From: the human T2T-CHM13v2.0 reference genome, Homo sapiens
Reading direction: 5' to 3' (one strand)
DNA: 64,000 bases
NCBI RefSeq assembly: GCF_009914755.1
Contig: NC_060925.1
The notes beneath the pieces were generated by a model that was given only the letters and a program-made list of their open reading frames with translations, was not told where the DNA came from and did not search any database. The position numbers and the translations under genes were made by a program. Positions 12,215-25,070 of this stretch are shown in pieces (position 1 is the first letter of the stretch; each line of letters begins with the position of its first letter).

Positions 12215-12600
12215 GCTGGCTGGAGCGTTGGCCATGCAGGAACGAACATTTGTCCTCTTTTTCCTGTTGTGCTTCACACTTGGAGAAGTGGATGCAGGGA
12301 GGTGAGCTGTGTGGATATCTGGGAAGAACATTCTGAGCTGTGGGAACAGCCTGTGCCGGGGCTCTGGGCTGGGTACTTGAGGGACAGTGAGGAGGCAGAT
12401 GTGGCTACAGGTGCAGTAGGGGGGTCGGGGCGGAGCAGGAGGTGAGGCCAGAGAGTTGGGGGAGGTGACTCTCACAAGGGGCCTTAACAATACCTTGTCC
12501 CTATCTCTGGTGGGGCTGATTTTGGCCTTGAGGATGAAGGCAACACCTTCTCAGAATGCTGAGCAACTTTGTCCACACAGTGGAGGGGTGGAGGAGGTGA

Positions 12601-13062
<462 letters not shown>

Positions 13063-13925
13063 TAGAGAAGTAGAGAAGAGAGTTTTAGGTGGTCAGGACA
13101 GCTTGCTCGAAGCCATGGTGAATGGAGGATTTGGGGGTGTTCTGGTGACGGAGAAGTCTTGGAGAAGCTAAAGAGACAAATTGGGGCCAGTTTGTAGGGA
13201 CTTGTGTATCATTATAGGAAGCTGGAACTTTATCTTGGTGTCAACAAGATAATAAAGGGATATGATAGGAAGGGATATTATACTACCTGTGTTTAAAAAA
13301 TCTCTCTAATGTCTGTGGTGATGGGGAGTGGGGAAAGAGGGGCTGGAGAGTCAAGGAGATGGGAGATTTTGTGGACCATCTAAAATAGGCTGAGGGCTAC
13401 TTTCAAGAGAGAAACTACCTGATTTAGAAACATCAGAAGGTGGAAGTGAGCAAGGGAGGCAGGTTAAGGGAAAGTATGAATTTTTTATTTTCTATTTTTC
13501 CTTTATTTTCTAGAACATTCAGCTCCATTTGGGGACGGTAGTGGGCACTGCAGAAGTGCTTGTTGGATCCAAATCCTCTAGCTACGTTGCTGGCTGTGTC
13601 CTTATTTAGTTCCTCACATGGATAGTGATTCCAAATGGACCACATCCTCTTCAGACCTAAGAAGACAGCATCTTCTATACACTGGGCATTTTGTGTTAGA
13701 AGATATTGCTTTAATTATTGTTCCTCTGGCTCCTTTATGAATGAGTCTATCATCCAGGCAATTATAGAATTTTCTAAGTAAGTAACAGCCACTTCTTATC
13801 TCCCTTAAAATTCTATTCATGCATCAAAGCCTAGCTCAGCCATCATCTCCTCCATGAAAAAACAAAAAAACAAAAAACCTTCATCTCCTTCTGTGTTCTT
13901 TAAAGGGTTAAATGTTTCTGCTGTG

Positions 13926-13928
<3 letters not shown>

Positions 13929-13957
<29 letters not shown>
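13929..13957. repeat. (GT)n microsatellite
   Basis: About 14 TG units. Confidence 0.95.
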
Positions 13958-13959
<2 letters not shown>

Positions 13960-13969
13960 GGGTAGTGGA

Positions 13970-14210
13970 TGACAGGGCAGTATACTGGATGTCATAATAG
14001 GCTTTGGAGTTAGATATCATACCTGTGTTTTAATCCTACTTCTGCCAATTGCCAGCTGTGCTATCTGGTTACTTAACCTCTCTGAGTCTTAGCTGTGTCA
14101 TCAGTAAAACGGGATAAGAGTATCTACCTCCTAATGCTGTTGTGAGAGTTAAATAGGCTGATTGATCACAGAGCTTGGCACAATGTCTCCCATTTGCAAG
14201 TGCTCAAATA
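13970..14210 (+). mobile_element. MIR
   Basis: ggctttggagttaga..gttacttaacctctctgagtcttag..catcagtaaaacggggataa..tgttgtgagagttaaat. Confidence 0.8.
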
Positions 14211-14511
14211 GTGGTGGTAGGGGTTGTTAACACTCTTCATCCATTTTTTAAAATTGTCTTGAAAATTATTTACTGAGTATCTACTATATGCCATATACAA
14301 TCCTAGGCATATTCTATGTGCATCAGTGAATAAAACATATGTCTTCCCTGGAGGAGATACTATAGTTCTATATAGTCTAGATGGGGGAGATAGAAATAAA
14401 CAATGGTGTTTAACAACGAGTAAGTGTATTTTATAGTGTATTAGAAGGTAATAAGTGCTGTGGACAAAAAAGAAGAAAGCAGTAGAAGTTGGTTGACAGT
14501 ACTCAGGCAGG

Positions 14512-14995
14512 TAAATCAGTCAGCTACTGCTGCGTAACAAATAGTCACACAACCTGATGGCTTAAAACAACAACTGCTTATGTAGCCCCTAGTTCTGTAG
14601 TTCTGTGAGTCCGCAATAGGCTGGGTTCAGCTGGGCAGTTCTGGTCGTGGCTCACCTGGACTGTGCTCATTCATGTGTCTGTGGTTACCGGTTGGTCTAG
14701 GATGGCCTCAGGACAACTCTGTTCTTTAAACGTAGTCTCTCATGCTCCAGCAGGCCACCCCAGGCTTGCTTTCGTGGTAGAAGCAGGGTTCTGAGAGAGG
14801 CAAGTATCCCAGCCTTCTTGAGGCCTCTACTGGGTGGCATGACATCCCTTTTGCCGCATTCTGTCAGCCAAAGCAAGTCAAAGCCAGCCAGCTCTTGAAG
14901 GAAGGAGGTAAAAAGTTTACATCACAAAAGGTGTGGCTATGGGATGGAAAGTGAGGGGTGATAATTGTGGTCACTCTTGCAGTCAATCTACCACA
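14512..14995 (-). mobile_element. MaLR LTR (MLT1 F/H-like)
   Basis: gtcagctactgctgcgtaacaaa..ggcttaaaacaac..gctgggttcagctgggcagttc..caaagcaagtca..gtcaatctaccaca. Confidence 0.8.
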
Positions 14996-14999
14996 GTGA

Positions 15000-15420
15000 G
15001 AAGGGTGCAGGTCGCAGCATTAAACAGGCTGGCAGGGAAAGCTCTCCCTGAGAAACTGACAGTTGGACAAAGACTCGAAGCAGATGAGGGAGCTGGTGAG
15101 GCAAGTGGTGTAGATAAGAGGGTGCCAGGTGGAGGGCATGGCTAGAGCAAAGGCCCTGGGGCAGGGACGCACCTGGGGCATTCCAGACACAGCAGGAGAG
15201 TGAGGCTGGAGGGCAGAGTGAGAGCAGCAGGGGAGGACAGAGAGGCCACCTGATGAGTGCAGGTCAAGGCAGGGACTCTGCCTTCCACCCTGAGTGACAT
15301 GGAGGGGTGGGCGCTAGAGAGGTTTGGGCAGGAGGTCAGGATCTAACTTGCAGTTTTAAAAGATGATTTCAAGTTCTGTGTTGAGACTAGATAGTAGGGG
15401 GCAAGGGTCCAAGCAGGGGG
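15000..15420 (-). mobile_element. L2 fragment
   Basis: agagcaaaggccctggggcaggga..ggctggag..ccctgagtgacatggag..taacttgcagttttaaaagatga. Confidence 0.55.
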
Positions 15421-16779
15421 ACCTGATGGGAGGCTCCTGGGGAGGAGATGGTGACTCACGCCCTGGGAAATTCACAGCACCTGCCCCTAGACGCTGTGGG
15501 ACGTCACATTCTAGGGCTGTTTTGAGGCTTGAATAAGATGCTGATGCCAAGTGTATAGCTCGGTGCTCAGGATATGACAGATGTTCAACAATGGAAAGTG
15601 GGTGGTGGTGTTTTGTTAAGGTGGGTGCTTTTAATAATTATTACATCAGAAGGAATCACTTCCTGATATTTTGGACCTGTTATTTGGTAAGTGTGGCACT
15701 TACCACCTTGCAACTTGAGTATTTATTCGCATTGCTATTTCCCAGCAAGACTGGGAGCTTCCTGAAGTCAGGGAATACATCTGCAGCCCGATAGTCCCAA
15801 CTCTCAGCATCATGCCCAATGCACAGGTGAATGGAATGAATTCACTCCGCAGCGACTTCTGCTGTGAAGTCAAGGAGGGCTGGAGCTGCGTCTTAATTAT
15901 CTCTATTTCCACGGGGCAAAGTCTAGTGTCTTCTCATAACCGGTGGGTCTATCTGATTGAATTACATTGTTTCCATGTCATCACCTGAATGTAAAATGTT
16001 TTCCTCTGAATTAGGAAGCTCTCATGAGCCCTCCAGAGTTCATGATTCCAGCTGGTTTCCTGCCAAGCTGAACGTCCTCCTGCAAGAAGGGCTGGGTCCT
16101 CCCTGATTTACATGGTTATTGGAGATGGAGCCCAGGAGGGGGAGGCAGAGGACAGCAAAAAGCAGGGAGAGGGAGCAGCACAGTCCAGGCGGCTCTCCAA
16201 GTCCTTCTTTCTCATCAGACCCGTAACACCGAGGTGGGCCTGAGCTCTCCTAAGCCTTTGCTGCTCCTTCCCTTCCTCAAGCCCTACCTATTTCTCTCCC
16301 CTTCCTCTGCTTTCTCTCCCTGCCTCCTCTTCCTTCCCTCCCTCCTACTCCTTCCCTCCCTCCTACTCCCTCAACACACCTGAGTGAGAGGCTGCTCAGG
16401 GACCAGGTAGGAAAATGGCAACAGCAATAGCGATAGGAGGCAACGAAGACCACCTTTCAGGGACAATGGGAGGGCAAGTGGGGGCGCCTTTTGGACCCCA
16501 GAGCTCTTTGCTTGAACTTCTTCTCAGCCCTGGCTCTGACCTGTCTTTACAGTGGCGGCAGCAGGTCCTCACAGTGCTTTCTGGGGGTGGGGTCCTGCAG
16601 TCTTGATGTGTGAAGCAGATCTCACTATCCTTGGAAGGACTCCATGGGATGGACAGGGTCACTGACAAGGAAGCCCTGGCTTAGAGTGGTGACCTGACAT
16701 CTCTGGGGCCACACGGCTGGTGAGTGGTGACGCCAGGATCTGAACTCAGGAGGACCCAGGGTAGTCTCTTGGTGTCTAC

Positions 16780-17098
16780 CACAGTAGCCCCCTGGCCACA
16801 GGAGGCTGGCTTTTGGGTGCTCCAAGTGTGGCTATCTGAGTTGAGATGTGCCGTAAGTGTAAAATAGACACAGGATTTCGAAGCATTAGAATGAAACACA
16901 GTATAATATATGGCATTAGGAATTTTTTATAATTTTTTATATTGGTTACTTGTTGACCTGGTTGTTTTTTGATATATTACATAAAATAAAGGTTGCTGAA
17001 ATTCATTTGACCTTTTTCTTTTTACTTTTTTAAATGCACTATCAGAAAATTAAAAATTACATATATGGTTTACCATACAGTACTATTGGACAGCACTG
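16780..17098. mobile_element. hAT-Charlie MITE (MER33/MER3-like)
   Basis: gagatgtgccgtaagtgtaaaatagacacaggatttcgaag...aaaattacatatatgg..ctattggacagcactg terminus. Confidence 0.75.
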
Positions 17099-19327
17099 GT
17101 CTACAATGTATGTCTTAAATCACTGCGTTCTACTGTGTCTGTATAACTGGTCCCACCCCACCCCTCAGCCCAGCTAGACTTTAAACTTCTTAAAGGCAGG
17201 AGTCAGGGCTTACTCACTGTTTTATTTTCTGTAGCACCTTAGATGGGATGCAGCACAGATTAAAGTTATTTTTTTCAAAGCTTTTTATTTTGCAGTCATT
17301 AAACTCTCAGGAAGTTGTAAAAATAGCACAGAAGGTACCTGGTAGTTGGCTTCCCTCAGGGCTGACATCTTACCTAACTGTGGTTGGCTGTCTAGGTTTT
17401 GGACAAACGTGTGTGGACTGACTTAAGAGTGCATTAATTAAGAAGGTGCCCACTCTCACCTACCCTGCAAGGAATGCAAGTCTTCCAGAGCTGGAAACTG
17501 AAGGACTGATTGAGAAGGATTACCTCAGGGAGCCTTTGGAATCTCCCCACCCTTCCCCAAGTGCACCCAATAATACATTGAGGCGACCCTTTGGGAATCA
17601 GTGGTGGCCAGCATCCAGCAGTGTAGGCATGGAGACAGTGTGGCCTGGGGGGAAATACAGAGGCCTGGGGGTCAGACTGTCCCAGTCAAGTCCTGCGTTC
17701 ACCACTGAGGACTGGTGACCACTGCACTTCACTCCCCCAGACTCATTCTCCCCATCTGAATGGAGCCAATGATAGTGCGTTGCCTCTGGGCTGGTTGTTG
17801 GGATTGGCTGTGACAGAGTAGGAGAAGTGCCTTCATACGTTCCATGGGTGGAGACTGGGGCAGGGGAGTGAAATGTGGCTCACCCAGCCCGCCAAGCCTT
17901 AAGATCCTAGTTCAGATCCCAGTTCTCATTTTCATAAGACCAGAGCGGGGCTTCACTGGGCGGGGCTGGATCTGCTCTCAGCTGTCAAGAACAGATGCAG
18001 TGGGACTCTGCACCTGCAAGGGCTGGCATGGCATCTCTCCCAGGTGGCCTCCAACACAGATGGGCAGCAACCCTGGCATTGGAGCTCCTGCCTCTTTGCA
18101 GCTGCAGTGGGGACAGAAACCATGGAAACCACAGATTGGGCAGTGCCTCTCCCTTGGTCTCTAGGGGCCTCCTCCTGTTCCCCAGTGCCATCACCCCAGG
18201 GCGGTCATTTCTCACTGATTTCTTGAGGGAGGAAATGGCTAGTTTGAGAGCTGAGTTTTTAAATGGTTCCCAGGTGGCTCCTGGTACTGGGAAGCCCGGG
18301 GTCCTGCAGGTGTGCAGCTCAGGCAGCCAGAAGGTGCAATCCTTTAGGGCACTCTGGGACTTCAGATTCACTTCTTAGGACATCTGCAAGGCCACCACTG
18401 AGGGAAATGAGACCAACTGAAAGGGTGATTTAAATCAGGGTGCTTTCTAGCAAATAACCTCTCACTTTCCTGATGTGGGGGACAGACCTCCTGGGTTTGT
18501 GAAAAGGTCCAGACGGAACAGTGCCTTGGAACTTCCACTGTGGATCCCCGACAGGCAAAATGGGCTTGAAGCCATTGGCAGCTACTGTACCCACCTTTAA
18601 CTCCAGCTGCTAAAAATCTGACTTTGACTCAATCTGCTGTTGCCCTCTTACTCCTTCCCTGCAAAACTCCTCACGTGACGGGTCTACACTTCCTATCTAC
18701 TTCCGCATTGTCCATTCTGTCTTGAATCACTTCCGGTTGGATTTTGTCCCTACTGTGGAGGCTAACAAGGACCTTTGTTTTACGAAATTCCATGGTTGAT
18801 CCTTTCACGTGACCTTTCAGCAGCATCAGACCTCTTTGAAATCCTTTCTTTTCCTAGCTTGTAAGACACTGGATTGCTCTGTTTTGTTTTCTTTTTTCCT
18901 AACCATGCTCACCATTTCTCAGTATCCTTTGCTGGCCTCTCCTCTTCCATTTGAACATCTACTCTACATTCTGTCTCTCCAGTTGATCCCATCCAGTCTC
19001 ATGTCTTTAAATGCCATGCACTTGCCGATGACTCCCAAATCTACAAGTACAGCTGTGACCTGCTTGCTAAGATTCCATATTCAGTTGCCTACTTGACATT
19101 TCTACTTGGGCTTCTAATAAGTATCTCAACTTATCAAGTCTAAAATGAGACACTTTATTTGTACCTGTATGGATTATTCTTCACGAATTTTCCCTGTACA
19201 TTCATTAATTCAGCAGATATTAATTCAGTATATGCCATGTGCCGAGGAGTCTTCTAAATACTTGAGATATGGCAGTAAACAAAAAACAAGTTTCTGCCCT
19301 CAGGAAGTTTATATTCTAGCTGGGGGA

Positions 19328-19700
19328 TGTTATGGGTTAAAGTGTGTCCCTGAAAAATTCATATGTTAAAGTAGTAGTCCCCATATGTTAAAGTAGTAGT
19401 CAGAGTGCAAATTTATTTGGAAATAGAGTCATTGCAGATGTCATTAGTTAAGTTAAAATGAGATCATACTAGAATAGTGTGGGCTCTTAATCCAATAAGT
19501 CCTTACAACTGGGGGAGATTTGGACACAGACATGCACATGCTGACAGGGAGAAAACCAAATGAAGATGGAGGCAGACTTTAGGATGATGCCTCTACAAGC
19601 CAAGGAATGTCAACCATTACCAGCAAACCACTGGAAGCTAAGTGAGAGGCATGAAACAGATTCTCTATCACAGTCCTCAGAAGGCAGTGACCCTCCTACA
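19328..19700 (+). mobile_element. MaLR LTR (MLT1B/C-like) with an internal 22-bp tandem duplication (19360-19401)
   Basis: tgttatgggttaaagtgtgtcc..tttggaaatagagtcattgcagatg..ctacaagccaaggaatg; catatgttaaagtagtagtc x2. Confidence 0.85.
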
Positions 19701-20454
19701 CCACTCTTTTCCCTAGTCACTCTGCTTCAGCCACACCAGCTCGCTTGTTGGGTGATGAAGCCTACTCCTACCTTGCATTTCTTGCACTGGCTGTTCCTTC
19801 TGCTTGGAGTGCCCTTTCCCCAACTCTTTGTGGCACTCAGTCCTTCACATCATTCATGGCTCAGATGCTACCTGGCTGAGGTTCCATGTGACACCAGTCT
19901 TCACTTGGATAGGAAATGACTAGGATGTGTGCCCAGCACACACCACAGATAATTATTTTCAGGTAGGCTCCATGTGTGATTTGAGAATTTTGGACTGCAT
20001 TGTCTTTTGAATTCAACTATAGAGACCTATAACAGCTAAACATTATTGATTCTTAAACTGATTCTGTGAGGTAGGCACCGCCCATTTTATAGAAGAAGAA
20101 GCCAAAGCTGAGAGTAGTTAAGTAGTTTGCTAAAGGCACAGGCCTGGTGAATGCAAAAAGCAAATGCAAAACTTGGTTTATTTGATGCCCAAATTCATGC
20201 TATTTCTATTCTACTAAATGCACTAACATTCCTGCACCTTCGTCACTCATATCTTAGATTCCAGGAATATCTAATCTAGAAAAAAGAGGCTGAAAGGTCA
20301 AATAAGTATATTCTTGGTTTTTAAGCAAAAGGAATATGCCAAATACCATCTGTTCTCAGCCTCTCTTATGATGGCAGAAAGTGATATCTGTCAGTGAATG
20401 ATTAAGGCATTAAATATTAGCAAAAAGTGCTGACAAGGACTGATAATAGCTCAC

Positions 20455-20655
20455 ATTTATTGAGGGTGCACCATGTGCTAAGAACGGTGCTGAGCCCATC
20501 TGTACTTTAATTTTATGACAACTCTGGAAAGATATGCTCTTATTATTCTCATTTTACAGGTGAGGAGACTTAGGATCAGAAGCGTGTATATGATCACATA
20601 TCTGTGATCATGCAGCCTGGCCATGGAAGAGTTGGAGTTTGAACCCTGAGGGTCT
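20455..20655 (-). mobile_element. MIR
   Basis: atttattgagggtgcaccatgtgc..tattattctcattttacaggtgaggagact..ggagtttgaaccc. Confidence 0.75.
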
Positions 20656-21118
20656 GACTTGCAAACGTTCACTCATTAATAATGAAAAAGGTGGGCTTGG
20701 AACCGTGGAAGCCTCTGATACTATCTATCTGTGATGGATCAGGTGTGATTCTGCTCAAAGGCAGGGGGATAGAGGATTTGATCTCTTAAGATTGTTCTCT
20801 TTTAAGAGAATTCTATTTTTCTTGACCAAAATGTCAAAACATCTCTTTTCCAGAGCCAATGCCTATTCTTAACAATGACTTTCTTTGGGAGACTATAGGC
20901 TTTCTCTGGTTCATACTTCTATTCTGATTTACTGGCATGGGCTCCAAACCTTCTTCTGCTAATCTTTATCTAAAATATGCCATCTCAGCTCTTTCATGGA
21001 GTTGTGGATTTTGTCTAAGCCAATCAAAATACTCAATAATGAAGAAAAGACCTTCAGGCATAAAGATTTTCTTATTCTGATGGTTTTAATGAGAACTGAA
21101 AATGAGAGTGACATATGT

Positions 21119-21604
21119 TGTGTATCAATTATTTACTGCCCCAAACCACCCAAAACTCTGTGTCTGTCACTCAGCTTGCTTTGGGTAGGTGATTTAGGCT
21201 GTGCTCAGCAGGGAGGTTCTTCTGCTCTGTGCTAGACATGTCTGGGAGTTGGCTGGCTGGTGTCTACCTTAGGGTGGCCTTGGCTGGAAGGACCACTCAG
21301 CTCTCCTCCACATAGCTCTCACATTTCTCCACCAGCCTAATTTGGATGTGTTCTTATGGCCTTGCAGGGATATAACAGTGAGCAAACCTAATTGTAAAAG
21401 AGAGCAAGTGGAACTGTTTACATAATCTTGATGTCTCTGCTTGCTTCACCTTTACTAACATTATTTACGCCATAGCAAGTCACAGGACTGAGTGAAGAAT
21501 CAGAATCAGACTGTGTATGTATAGGGTGGACTAGAGTTACAGCTCAACGGGCATTGAATTGGAGGTTCAATAATTGGGGTCACTAATACTATCAATCTAC
21601 CACA
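21119..21604 (-). mobile_element. MaLR LTR (old MLT1)
   Basis: tgtatcaattatttactg..aaaccacccaaaactc..agcaagtcacag..atcaatctaccaca. Confidence 0.65.
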
Positions 21605-21805
21605 TTTCATGGTTTCATATGCATGCATTTTCAATGTAGGCCCGAATGTGCATCTTTCCAGCCATCTTCACGTGCCTTGGTTACCAGAACAAAACACAGT
21701 GTGCTTCTCCAGTTTAAGGGATGCATATCCACTGAGTATCTTGTGAGGTTTTTTTTTTGTTGTTGTTGTTGTTGTTGTATCTGGGAAGAATTTCACAAAG
21801 CATGG

Positions 21806-22220
21806 TGATATGGCTTGAAGCTGTGTCTCCACCAAAATCTCATGTCAAATTGTAATGCCCAGTGCTGGAAGTGGGGCCTGATGGAAAGTGATTGAATCAT
21901 GGGTGTGCATCCTTCACAAATGCTTTAGCACCATCCCCCTTGGTACTGTCCTCATGATAGTGAATTGTTGTAAGATCTGGTTGTTTAAAAGTGTGTAGCA
22001 CCTCCCCTCCTCCCTCTTGCTCCTGCTTCCTCCATGTGAGATGCCTTCCTCCCCCTTTGCCTTCCACCATAATTGTAAGTTCCCTGAGGCCTCCCCAGAG
22101 GCTGATGCTGCCATGCTTCCCGTACAGCCTGCAGAACCATGAGCCAGTTAAACCTCTTTTGTTTATTGATTACCCAGTCTCAGGCATTTCTTTATATTAA
22201 TGTTTGAATGGACTAATACA
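21806..22220 (+). mobile_element. MSTA-like solo LTR
   Basis: tgatatgg...cagcctgcagaaccatgagccagttaaacctc...ggactaataca; 5-bp TSD catgg/catga. Confidence 0.9.
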
Positions 22221-22409
22221 CATGACTTCCAAACACATGGCAAGATAGAGAATTGTTTTGTGTTAAATCAGAGTGGAAAAGGCATGTGCAAAGGAGAAAT
22301 AGAATATTTCAGAAAATAATACAATTTAAGAAGAAAAAAGCAGTCAGCAACCATGAAGAAGACTCCAATAAAATACTAATGAACATCCATGTGTAAAATG
22401 CCACCCTAC

Positions 22410-22520
22410 TTTTTTTCTTTTTTCTTTTCTTTTTTTTTTTTTTTGAGACACAGTCTTGCTTTTTCACCCAGGCCGGAGTGCAGTGGCGCTATCTTGGCTC
22501 ATTGCAAGCTCTGCCTCCCG
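22410..22520 (-). mobile_element. 5'-truncated AluY (possibly the Ye lineage)
   Basis: About 76 bp of Alu 3' end plus tail; perfect TSD aatgccaccctacttttt (22397-22414 / 22521-22538) followed by aa, giving a TTTT/AA site. Confidence 0.92.
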
Positions 22521-23174
22521 AATGCCACCCTACTTTTTAAAAATAAACAGAGATGTGAAGATGCTCCCAGCATCTTGTGGGATGGAAAGGAGTTCCACTG
22601 TCTGTCAGTTGCTATGAGCCCAACAGCCAGTGTTCTGTGCTGCCAGAGCACAGGCAGCTACATATCTATCCAGAGCTCTATGATCCATGATTGGGTCTGT
22701 ATTATTTCTATAACACCAGGATTAACAAGCTGCTGGTGAGCCCGGAAGGAAGACCCCCAGCCTTTTACTCTGATAGTTTTGGAGATAGGCGAGGACCAAC
22801 CCATCTCTCAGCCTCGATGCTGGATACATTGTAGGGGTTATCAGATGGACATCCCTGGAGGCAGACTGGCTGTATTTAAAGAGAACTGGACTGGAATCAA
22901 AACATCTGGATCTTGCTGTCAGCTCTTGCTTGAACTTACTGTGTGTCTTTGGGAAAGTAATTTCCTTTCAGTTAACATCTGTAAAATTAAGGTTTTGACT
23001 AAGGACTCCCACCAGTTATTCTGTGTCTCAAAGACCAAATCCCTGTGTTGAGTCAAGGTTTAGAATCTGGATATAAGGACCCTTATATAATGCAATGATT
23101 TAACATATTTATTGTCTATCACATGCCAGGAATTGTTTTAGGTACAATAAAAATATTCTTGCTCTCAAGGGGCT

Positions 23175-23285
23175 TCTTTCTTTTTCTCATTTTCCCTCCA
23201 CCTTTTCCTCCTTGTCTTCCTTCTCCTTATTCTTCTCTTCATCCTTTTCCTCCTCCCCTTCATCTTCTTCCTCTTCATCTTTATT
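23175..23285. repeat. Polypyrimidine (CT/CTT-rich) low-complexity tract
   Basis: Almost entirely C/T. Confidence 0.8.
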
Positions 23286-23414
23286 ATCAACATCTATAAA
23301 ACAGTGATCTGGCATTCACATTATTCCAGACGATGTACTAAGTTCTCCCTTGACATGTATCATCTCATGTAAACTTCATAACAACCTCATGGAGGTAGAG
23401 GCTATCACCACCAC

Positions 23415-23893
23415 TGTGCTGGGTATTTCCCCCTTTCCCCTCTAGATCCACTGTCTGCCCTTCTCCACCCTGCTTTATTCCCTAGGAGGCTGACCCCTGT
23501 GGACCTCATTAGCTGTCTTCCTTACTTTCAGGTGTCTAGTTGGGCTTAACCAGTGGAAACCACTGGCAGAAGAGTAGAGGATCAGAAGAGAGTGAGGTCA
23601 GAACACGTATTTACCTGGCTTGCTTCTCACCAGGTTGCCATGATCTCTGGCTCTGATCAGGCAGTCCCCTTCATACAAATGCCTTCTCTGGATTCAGGTA
23701 ACAACTCCCTCAACTTGCCTTTCAGGCCTACGGTGTTACCAGCTTTCCAGTGTTTGTAGCCCAAGGGTACTGCATCATCCTATGTTGGTTTTCTTAAATC
23801 CTGACCACACCTTCGTGCCTAATCCCTTTATGCATTTTCCTCCAATAACCCAGTTTGACAGTGTCGTGCATCTTCTGCTGAGACTTTGTTAAC
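23415..23893 (+). mobile_element. ERVL LTR (LTR33-like)
   Basis: cctctagatccactgtctgcccttctccaccctgct..ggaggctgacccctgtggacc..aacccagtttga. Confidence 0.7.
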
Positions 23894-24029
23894 ATCCCCA
23901 TTTTACAGATGAGGAAACTGAGCTTTAACACCAGCCCTATCACAAATGGGCTGTGTGATCTCCATCCTGGGTCTCAGCTCAAATACCATCTCTCTGAGAA
24001 GACTTCCCTTGTGCCTCATTAAGTAGACC

Positions 24030-25070
24030 CCTGCATCGGGTGTCCCCACGACCACCCACAGGTCTGTTGGTTCACCAGGAGGATTCCTAAGACTATGCAT
24101 ATCGTCATACTCACAGCTAGGACTAGGATGATCCAAGGCAAAATCAGCCAAAGAAAGAGATGCATGGGGCAAAGTCTGGTGGAAACCAGGCACAAGCTTC
24201 CAGGAGCTTCGCTCAGGGGAGTCACATGGGATGTGTGTCAATCCTCCAACACTGGATTGTGACAATGTGTGTGAAATGTTATCAAACCAGGAATTTGTAA
24301 GAGATTCACTGCCAGTGTTTTTAATGGGGGCTGGTTATGTAGATCTTCTCTGCCTAGCATGTACCAAAACTCCAGACCCAGAAGAACAAGCAGCTGCCTA
24401 GAATAAACCACATTGTACAAACAATCTAGGCATAATGGGCCACTCTTATCATTTAGGGAAAGTTTATATCAGTGTAGGGAACTGTTTAAGATGTAAGTTG
24501 GCAGATACCAGCTGTAGTGAGTTGAAAAATGGTGCCTTTAAAGATCTGCCCACATCGAATTCTCAGAAGCTGTGAATGTGGCCTTATTTGGACAAGGGTC
24601 TTTGCAGATGTAATTAATTAAGGATCTTGGGATGAAGACATCATCCTGGATTATCTGGGTGGGACCTAAATCCAGTGACAAGTGTCCTCATAAGAGACAA
24701 GTATCCCTTATAAGGAACAATTTGGCAGACAGAAGAGGAGAAGACAATGTGACCATGGAGGCTGAGATGGGAATGCTGCTGCCACAAGTCAAGGAATGCC
24801 TGGGGTTGCCAAAAGCTGAAAGAGGCAAGGGACAGTTTCTCCCCTAGAGCTCCCTGAGGAAGCAAAGGAAGCAAGGTCCTGCTGGATTTGGGATTTCCAG
24901 CCTCCAGAACGGTGTGGGAGTCAATTTCTGTTATTTTAAGCCACCTATTTTGTGGCAGTTTGTAATGGCAGCCCCAGAAAACCACTACACCAGCCAAGGG
25001 CCAACCTTGTAAACCTTAGATACCCTGGAGGTCTCACACAGACCTTCAAGACTGCTTTGTTAACTCTTTT
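24030..25070 (-). mobile_element. MER21-like LTR interrupted by MLT1C/D
   Basis: gggtgtccccacgaccacc..catactcacagcta..ggaaaccaggcacaagcttccag..; resumes after 24994 with ccaagggccaaccttg. Confidence 0.8.
24513..24989 (+). mobile_element. MLT1C/D solo LTR nested in MER21
   Basis: tgtagtgagttgaa..gggtctttgcagatgtaatt..ccagcctccagaacggtg..aaccactaca; perfect 5-bp TSD ccagc (24508-24512 / 24990-24994). Confidence 0.9.
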
